Shown here: piece by piece, positions 22,988-27,633 of the stretch
How positions within the stretch are numbered: position 1 is the stretch's first letter
How the letters are laid out: each line of letters begins with the position of its first letter
IMG/VR virus record: IMGVR_UViG_3300037511_000099
Span: 1 to 27,633 of that record
Direction: 5' to 3' (one strand)
Source of the DNA: a virus
Lineage: Duplodnaviria; Caudoviricetes
Length of the DNA: 27,633 bases
Program-made: the position numbers and the translations under genes
Notes under the pieces: model-generated
Seen by the model: only the letters and a program-made list of their open reading frames with translations
What the model was told of the DNA's origin: nothing
Databases searched by the model: none

Positions 22988-23399
22988 TTCCGCCGACTTC
23001 GCTCCCGCCAAGATCGACCCCAAGACGATTACCGACCCGAAGGAGCGACTGAAGTATCTGGCCGACTTCCTGCGGGGACTGCCGGCTGAGCGGCTGAAGA
23101 TGGATACGTTCTTCAGCGGCGGGAACATCGACCTACCTGCTGGAGCGCGCGCGCAGGAGTGCGGTACCGCTGCCTGCGTGGCTGGCTGGACAGTCGTCCT
23201 ATTTCGCCCGACCTACTCCATCGACGGTTTAACCGACGAGCTGGCGATGAGGCTTCTCGGCCTGACCTCGGCGGAGGCCGAGCGCCTGTTCTACCCCAAG
23301 GGCTGGCTTGATCTCGACTTCGCTCCTGCGGAAGCCGCTGACGCTGTCGCCGCCTATCTCGCCACTGGTGAAGTCGATTGGTCGAAGGCAGGTGCGTGA
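22977..23399 (+). CDS. Phage hypothetical protein with CGTxACxAGW motif, 140 aa
   Basis: AAGGAG RBS; 'CGTAACVAGW...LLGLT...LF' is a recurrent phage family pattern. Confidence 0.8.
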   Translation: MPFDSADFAPAKIDPKTITDPKERLKYLADFLRGLPAERLKMDTFFSGGNIDLPAGARAQECGTAACVAGWTVVLFRPTYSIDGLTDELAMRLLGLTSAEAERLFYPKGWLDLDFAPAEAADAVAAYLATGEVDWSKAGA

Positions 23400-23575
23400 T
23401 GCCCTTCGACGCCGACAAGCCCGCCCCGATCCGCTGGAACGAGCCCGAGTTCGCCAAGGTCGCCCGTCGTCTGAACGCTGAGTTCGGAGCCTACCTAGAC
23501 GCGACCTACGGGCCTGGAGGGACACCGAGTGACGGGCCTCGGCTGGATGACGGCGATGAGCGAATGCCCGCGTGA
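23399..23575 (+). CDS. Hypothetical protein, 58 aa
   Basis: TGATG coupling; MPFDADKPAPIRW... Confidence 0.6.
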   Translation: MPFDADKPAPIRWNEPEFAKVARRLNAEFGAYLDATYGPGGTPSDGPRLDDGDERMPA

Positions 23576-23961
23576 TGCGTTCGCTGGCCCTCCTCGAAAT
23601 CTACCGCCGCCGCGACATGGAGCGCGCGCACTATGGCGCCGAGGGCGACGACACGTGCGGGATGTTCATCCTGAACGGGGTCAAGTTCAAGCGTGCGCTG
23701 AAGGTCATCGCCAGCAGTGGCGAAGGCTGGGACCACGTGAGCGTCAGCCTGCCCGACCGATGCCCGACATGGGACGAGATGGAGCAGGTCAAGCGCCTGT
23801 TCTTCCGCGACGACGAGACGGCGATGCAACTGCACGTCCCGCCGACCGATCACATCAGCTTTCACCCGAACTGCCTGCACCTGTGGCGACCGCAAGGGGC
23901 TGAGATCCCCCGCCCGCCCGGCTGGATGGTCGGGCCAACCGCTCAAGAGGAGGTGGCGTGA
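23575..23961 (+). CDS. Phage conserved hypothetical (HVSVS...PTWDEM...HLW; DUF7694-like)
   Basis: 'WDHVSVSLPDRCPTWDEMEQVKRLFF...QLHVP...HPNCLHLWRP'. Confidence 0.85.
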   Translation: MRSLALLEIYRRRDMERAHYGAEGDDTCGMFILNGVKFKRALKVIASSGEGWDHVSVSLPDRCPTWDEMEQVKRLFFRDDETAMQLHVPPTDHISFHPNCLHLWRPQGAEIPRPPGWMVGPTAQEEVA

Positions 23962-24191
23962 TGACCGATACGATCATCCATGTCTCGCACAGCAAGTTCA
24001 CTCCCCAGGAGCACGCCGCCGACTGTTCCCGACCCGAGGAGGAGGTAGGCTTTGGCTTGGCTGGTGGCGGCTACGGCGCCTACGGCTACTGCCCTGAGTG
24101 CTACGCGACCCTTTGGAAGTCGGAGGAGCACGACGACGACGGCCAACCCGACGAAGCCCAGGAATGGGCCGACTTCGATCGGGAGTGCTAG
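23961..24191 (+). CDS. Small Cys/His protein (possible Zn ribbon)
   Basis: GGAGG RBS; H..C and CPEC motifs; 'GFGLAGGGYGAYGYC'. Confidence 0.7.
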   Translation: MTDTIIHVSHSKFTPQEHAADCSRPEEEVGFGLAGGGYGAYGYCPECYATLWKSEEHDDDGQPDEAQEWADFDREC

Positions 24192-24193
24192 TC

Positions 24194-24472
24194 ATGACCT
24201 CCCCTAAGAGTGGTGACAGGGGCTCAGCCAGTCAGAAACCCGACCCGATAGAACCCCGTGGGGCCCTGCCCACTAACGACCAGCGCCTTGAGCAGGCCAT
24301 GCTCGACCTCGCGGTTGGAGCCTTCAACTACGGGTACAGTTGCGGCCTCAAGAAGACGCGCCTGATCGTCACCGACGATGGCCTGCTTGATGGCGCTCAA
24401 TGGATCCGGCAGCGGGCTGCGGTGATCTTGGAGATAACCGACCCCGCCCTCGCCAAGGCCGGTGCGCGATGA
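24194..24472 (+). CDS. Hypothetical protein, 92 aa
   Basis: GGAG RBS; MTSPKSGD...; ATGA-coupled downstream. Confidence 0.6.
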   Translation: MTSPKSGDRGSASQKPDPIEPRGALPTNDQRLEQAMLDLAVGAFNYGYSCGLKKTRLIVTDDGLLDGAQWIRQRAAVILEITDPALAKAGAR

Positions 24473-24702
24473 CCTCTCCCATCGAGCAAGACGGAACCCG
24501 CGTCCTCATCGCTGGCCGGCTGTACCGGACCTTCATGACCGAGACCAACGCGGCTCGCTGCACGGCGCTGCTGCAAGGCCTCGCCGACCTCGGTTGCGAA
24601 CTCCCTGAAGCGAGGGGCGCCCAGGTCGTCAACTTCGGCTCCGTCCTCCTGCGCAGGCAGTTGGAAGGCTCGCTGGCCCTCACCCAACAGGAGCGGACAT
24701 GA
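24469..24702 (+). CDS. Hypothetical protein, 77 aa
   Basis: MTSPIEQDG...; ATGA overlaps at both ends. Confidence 0.65.
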   Translation: MTSPIEQDGTRVLIAGRLYRTFMTETNAARCTALLQGLADLGCELPEARGAQVVNFGSVLLRRQLEGSLALTQQERT

Positions 24703-25016
24703 CCGAAGACGAAGCCAAGACGAAGTGGTGTCCGTTCGCGCGGATGAAGGTCGCCTCGCATGCCGACGAGGGTGTTCCGGCTGTGAACGAACCCCAGACC
24801 ACATTCAACCGCATCGCCATCAATAGCCAGTCGGCGCCTTTCATAGCTGATCAGGCACGCTGCATCGGCTCTGCCTGCATGGCGTGGCGGCGACAGACGG
24901 TCATGGTCGACCGCGCGACGAACGAACCTGCCATCCCCGGCGTGACCGCAATCGGACAACTGGAGGAGCGCTATTCGGCGCACGGCTACTGCGGCCTAGC
25001 CGGAGCCCCGTCATGA
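24699..25016 (+). CDS. Phage conserved Cys-rich hypothetical (WCPFAR...CIGSACMAWR...GYCGLAG)
   Basis: AGGAG RBS; four Cys in a recurrent phage motif. Confidence 0.82.
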   Translation: MTEDEAKTKWCPFARMKVASHADEGVPAVNEPQTTFNRIAINSQSAPFIADQARCIGSACMAWRRQTVMVDRATNEPAIPGVTAIGQLEERYSAHGYCGLAGAPS

Positions 25017-25120
25017 CCCCCAACCCCCACGCCTGGGCAACCGTAGCTGGCCGCGTGTTCCACATCCTCGCCCTGGCCCTATTCGCCGCTGCGCTGATCC
25101 GCACCGGGTGGCCGTCATGA
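25013..25120 (+). CDS. Small membrane peptide, 35 aa
   Basis: MTPNPHAWATVAGRVFHILALALFAAALIRTGWPS; GGAG RBS; ATGA overlaps at both ends. Confidence 0.55.
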   Translation: MTPNPHAWATVAGRVFHILALALFAAALIRTGWPS

Positions 25121-25305
25121 GCACCTATGTAGCCCTGACCGCCTACGACGTGCCCTTGGTGCAAGCCCCGATGCGCGACCGCAAGACCGCCCTCGCGTGG
25201 GCTCAGGAGCACGGCGACCGCTGGCCCGGCTCCCGCATCGTCCAGATCACCACTCGGGGCCTTCGGACCATCTGGCGGCACAACCCGGAAAGGATTGCAG
25301 CATGA
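25117..25305 (+). CDS. Hypothetical protein, 62 aa
   Basis: MSTYVALTAYD...; ATGA overlaps at both ends. Confidence 0.65.
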   Translation: MSTYVALTAYDVPLVQAPMRDRKTALAWAQEHGDRWPGSRIVQITTRGLRTIWRHNPERIAA

Positions 25306-26072
25306 GTGAAGCCCGAAACCTTACCCCCCAGCAAGCGCAGGGCGAAGTCGTCACTGTCGCCGGCGGGACCCTCATGGAGGTTATCAGCCGCGCCGCTGCC
25401 GACCCCAACACTGACGTGGACAAGCTGGAACGCTTGCTCGGCATGTACGAGCGGATCACGGCGCAGCAGGCCAAGGCGTCGTTCACATCGGCCCTGGCCG
25501 AAATGCAGCCCAAGCTGCCGGTGATCGACCGGAAGGGCCGCATCATCGTTCCAGCAAAACCGGGCGTCCACGAAGGGCACTCTACGCCCTATGCCCTGTG
25601 GGAGGACATAAACGACGCCATCCGGCCGCTACTGCACGAGTACGGGTTCGCACTGTCGTTCCGCATCGGCCTGGCCCAAGACGGCAAGATCGACGTCACC
25701 GGCGTCCTGAGCCATCGCGACGGGCATCAGGAAGAAACGACCCTGACCCTGATGCACGACAGCTCAGGCAGCAAGAACGCCGTGCAAGCCGTGGGTTCGT
25801 CCACCTCCTACGGGAAGCGGTACACCGCCATGGCGTTGCTCAACATCACCAGCCGGGCGCCCAACGATCGCGACGACGACGGGCACAACGCCGATCCGAA
25901 TTTCTGGATCAGCGATCAACAGGTCGGTGACCTCGTCGGGTTGATGGAAGAGGTCAACGCCGACCGTGACCGCTTCCTCAATTTCCTCAAGGTGGACACC
26001 CTGGCCCACCTTCCTGCCAAGCGCTTCGACTTCGCGCGCAAAGCCCTCGAAGCCAAGCGGGTGCAGAAGTGA
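25302..26072 (+). CDS. erf: ERF-family single-strand annealing protein, 256 aa
   Basis: 'DVDKLERL', 'YALWEDINDAIRPLL..YG', 'LSHRDGH', 'QAVGSSTSYGKRYT'. Confidence 0.9.
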   Translation: MSEARNLTPQQAQGEVVTVAGGTLMEVISRAAADPNTDVDKLERLLGMYERITAQQAKASFTSALAEMQPKLPVIDRKGRIIVPAKPGVHEGHSTPYALWEDINDAIRPLLHEYGFALSFRIGLAQDGKIDVTGVLSHRDGHQEETTLTLMHDSSGSKNAVQAVGSSTSYGKRYTAMALLNITSRAPNDRDDDGHNADPNFWISDQQVGDLVGLMEEVNADRDRFLNFLKVDTLAHLPAKRFDFARKALEAKRVQK

Positions 26073-26704
26073 CCGAAGCCCTCATCCAAGGCTCGCAGGA
26101 GTGGCTAGCCGCCCGCCTGGGCCGGGTCACCGCCTCGCGCGTGCGTGACGTGGTCGCCAAGACCAAGAGCGGCCCCAGCGCCAGCCGGGCCAACTACATG
26201 GCCGAACTGGTGGCCGAGCGTCTGACCGGAGCGCCGGCCGAGCGCTACCAGAACGATGCCATGCGCTGGGGATCTGAAACCGAGCCCCAAGCCCGCGACG
26301 CCTACTGCTTCCTCTACGACGTCGATGTGGTGGAGGTCGGGTTCGTCCAGCATCCCAGGATCGAGATGACCGGCGCCAGCCCTGATGGCCTTGTCGGCGA
26401 CGTTGGCATGATCGAGATCAAGTGCCCGAACACCGCGACCCATATCGAGACGCTGACCGGCGGCATCATCGACCCGAAATACGTCGTCCAGATGCAGTGG
26501 CAGATGGCGTGCGCCGACCGCGCCTGGTGCGACTTCGCCAGCTTCGACCCCCGCCTGCCGGCCGAGATGCAGTTGTTCGTCCAGCGGGTTCACCGCGACA
26601 ACGACCACATCGCCGAGCTTGAGCGCGAGGTGTCCACCTTCCTCGCCGAGCTTGACGCGAAGGTGGCCCAGCTTCGCGCGCTGTACGAGCGGAAGGCCGC
26701 CTAG
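26069..26704 (+). CDS. Lambda-exonuclease/YqaJ-family 5'-3' exonuclease, 211 aa
   Basis: 'QGSQEWLAARLGRVTAS', 'MRWG..TEP.AR', 'ASPDGLV', 'EIKCP', 'Y..QMQWQM'. Confidence 0.93.
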   Translation: MTEALIQGSQEWLAARLGRVTASRVRDVVAKTKSGPSASRANYMAELVAERLTGAPAERYQNDAMRWGSETEPQARDAYCFLYDVDVVEVGFVQHPRIEMTGASPDGLVGDVGMIEIKCPNTATHIETLTGGIIDPKYVVQMQWQMACADRAWCDFASFDPRLPAEMQLFVQRVHRDNDHIAELEREVSTFLAELDAKVAQLRALYERKAA

Positions 26705-26706
26705 CC

Positions 26707-27231
26707 ATGGCCGCGGTCCCGCCTATCCAGATGACCTACAGCGGCGAAGGAGTGTTCGTCTCCGACCGTCGCCAGCGGGCCGTGTGCGATGAGCACTTCG
26801 GCCAGGGCGAGGTTGTGACCATGGCCCGCGTGGAGGAGCGGTCGCGGAAATCGCACGACCACTTCTTCGCCGCGCTGGGCGATTTGTTCGACACGCTGCC
26901 CGAGCACCTCAACGCTCGCTGGCCGACCTTCGACAGCTTCAGAAAGTCCGGGCTGATCGAGACGGGCCACTGTGACACCGACACGACCGTCTGCGCCAGC
27001 AAGGCCGAGGCCGAGCGCCTGACGGTCACCCTGAAGCGCCACCTGCCGCCGGAGTGCCTGACGGTGCTCCGGGGGACCGTGGTGACCGTCTACACGCCCC
27101 TGAGCCAGTCGCTGAAGGCGATGGGCAAGGAACGCTTCCAGGCGTCCAAGGATGACGTGCTGGGCTGGGCGCAAGCAATTGTCAGCCAGGGAGCGGGCGG
27201 GGTTAGCAGCCCCGCTCGTCTGGTCGCGTGA
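26707..27231 (+). CDS. Putative NinB/Orf-like recombination accessory protein, 174 aa
   Basis: 'RSRKSHDHFFA...' and 'S...MGKERF' resemble NinB-like motifs; follows the exonuclease. Confidence 0.5.
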   Translation: MAAVPPIQMTYSGEGVFVSDRRQRAVCDEHFGQGEVVTMARVEERSRKSHDHFFAALGDLFDTLPEHLNARWPTFDSFRKSGLIETGHCDTDTTVCASKAEAERLTVTLKRHLPPECLTVLRGTVVTVYTPLSQSLKAMGKERFQASKDDVLGWAQAIVSQGAGGVSSPARLVA

Positions 27232-27572
27232 GCCTCACCCGCGAACCCGTGGAGATCGACGCCCGGCGTATGACCCCTGCCAGGCGCGCCAAGATCATCG
27301 CCCGCGACAACGGCAAGTGCGTCCGCCCCTTCTGCGAAACGCCGACCGAAGCCTTGCAGGTCGATCACATCGTGGCCCTGGAACTCGGCGGCCGGGATGC
27401 TGACTGGAACTGCGAAACGCTCTGCACGCCTCACCACAAGATCAAGACCCGTGCGGATGCCTCTGCAATCGCCAAGGCCAAGCGCCGGAAGCTGAAAGCT
27501 GAGGGTCAGTTCCCACCCAGCAAGACCCCGCTCCGCAGCAGGAACACGTTTGCTCGAAGGTGGGTCCCATGA
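27228..27572 (+). CDS. HNH endonuclease, 114 aa
   Basis: 'RDNGKCVRPFC...QVDHIVALELGG.D...NCETLCTPHHKIKT'. Confidence 0.9.
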   Translation: MSLTREPVEIDARRMTPARRAKIIARDNGKCVRPFCETPTEALQVDHIVALELGGRDADWNCETLCTPHHKIKTRADASAIAKAKRRKLKAEGQFPPSKTPLRSRNTFARRWVP

Positions 27573-27633
27573 AGGCTCTGGATCATGGGACTGTTGTTGG
27601 ATCTGGAGGGGCTGTGAATGAGTAGTTCCTCTA

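Larger units (their letters stand above)
1..27633. mobile_element. P22-like temperate phage/prophage segment (morphogenesis, replication, immunity and recombination modules)
   Basis: Continuous phage gene order (terS-terL-portal-scaffold-capsid-adaptor-ejection proteins; divergent cro/repressor; ERF-exonuclease). No host housekeeping genes or att/integrase in the window. Confidence 0.97.

Noticed and set aside
27569-27633. Short ORF after the last HNH and a partial ATG at about 27618
   Set aside because: Only 18 codons or truncated by the window edge; nothing assignable.

Overview
The whole window is one contiguous piece of a GC-rich, apparently temperate, P22-like (podovirus-architecture) phage or prophage. 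An alphaproteobacterial host is likely, but this is inferred from gene families and promoter style only. The minus strand carries the early-right and late arm: cro, two paralogous DNA methyltransferases, a cII-like HTH, RusA, a DnaA-C-terminal HTH protein, a replication initiator with iterons, a NusG-paralogue antiterminator, terS/terL, portal, scaffold, major capsid, decoration protein, gp4-like adaptor, three ejection proteins, a tailspike head-binding adaptor, a putative receptor-binding protein and a partial gp10-like tail hub. The plus strand carries a peptidase-less repressor and the early-left arm: HNH, small hypotheticals, ERF annealase, lambda-type exonuclease, NinB-like protein and a second HNH. 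No integrase, lysis cassette, tRNA or CRISPR array is visible. The most notable unexplained structures are: (i) three tandem covarying H-type pseudoknot motifs directly upstream of the scaffold RBS; (ii) a ~120-nt structured RNA with two mutually exclusive folds right after the predicted late promoter and downstream of the NusG paralogue; (iii) two 230-aa methyltransferases with near-identical DNA ends and divergent middles, bracketing the replication module; (iv) several small, apparently leaderless antisense genes in the late operon, two of them absent from the ORF track; (v) a 16-bp TGTGC-N6-GCACA operator set defining the immunity switch. All family assignments come from motif recognition by eye; no database searches were run.
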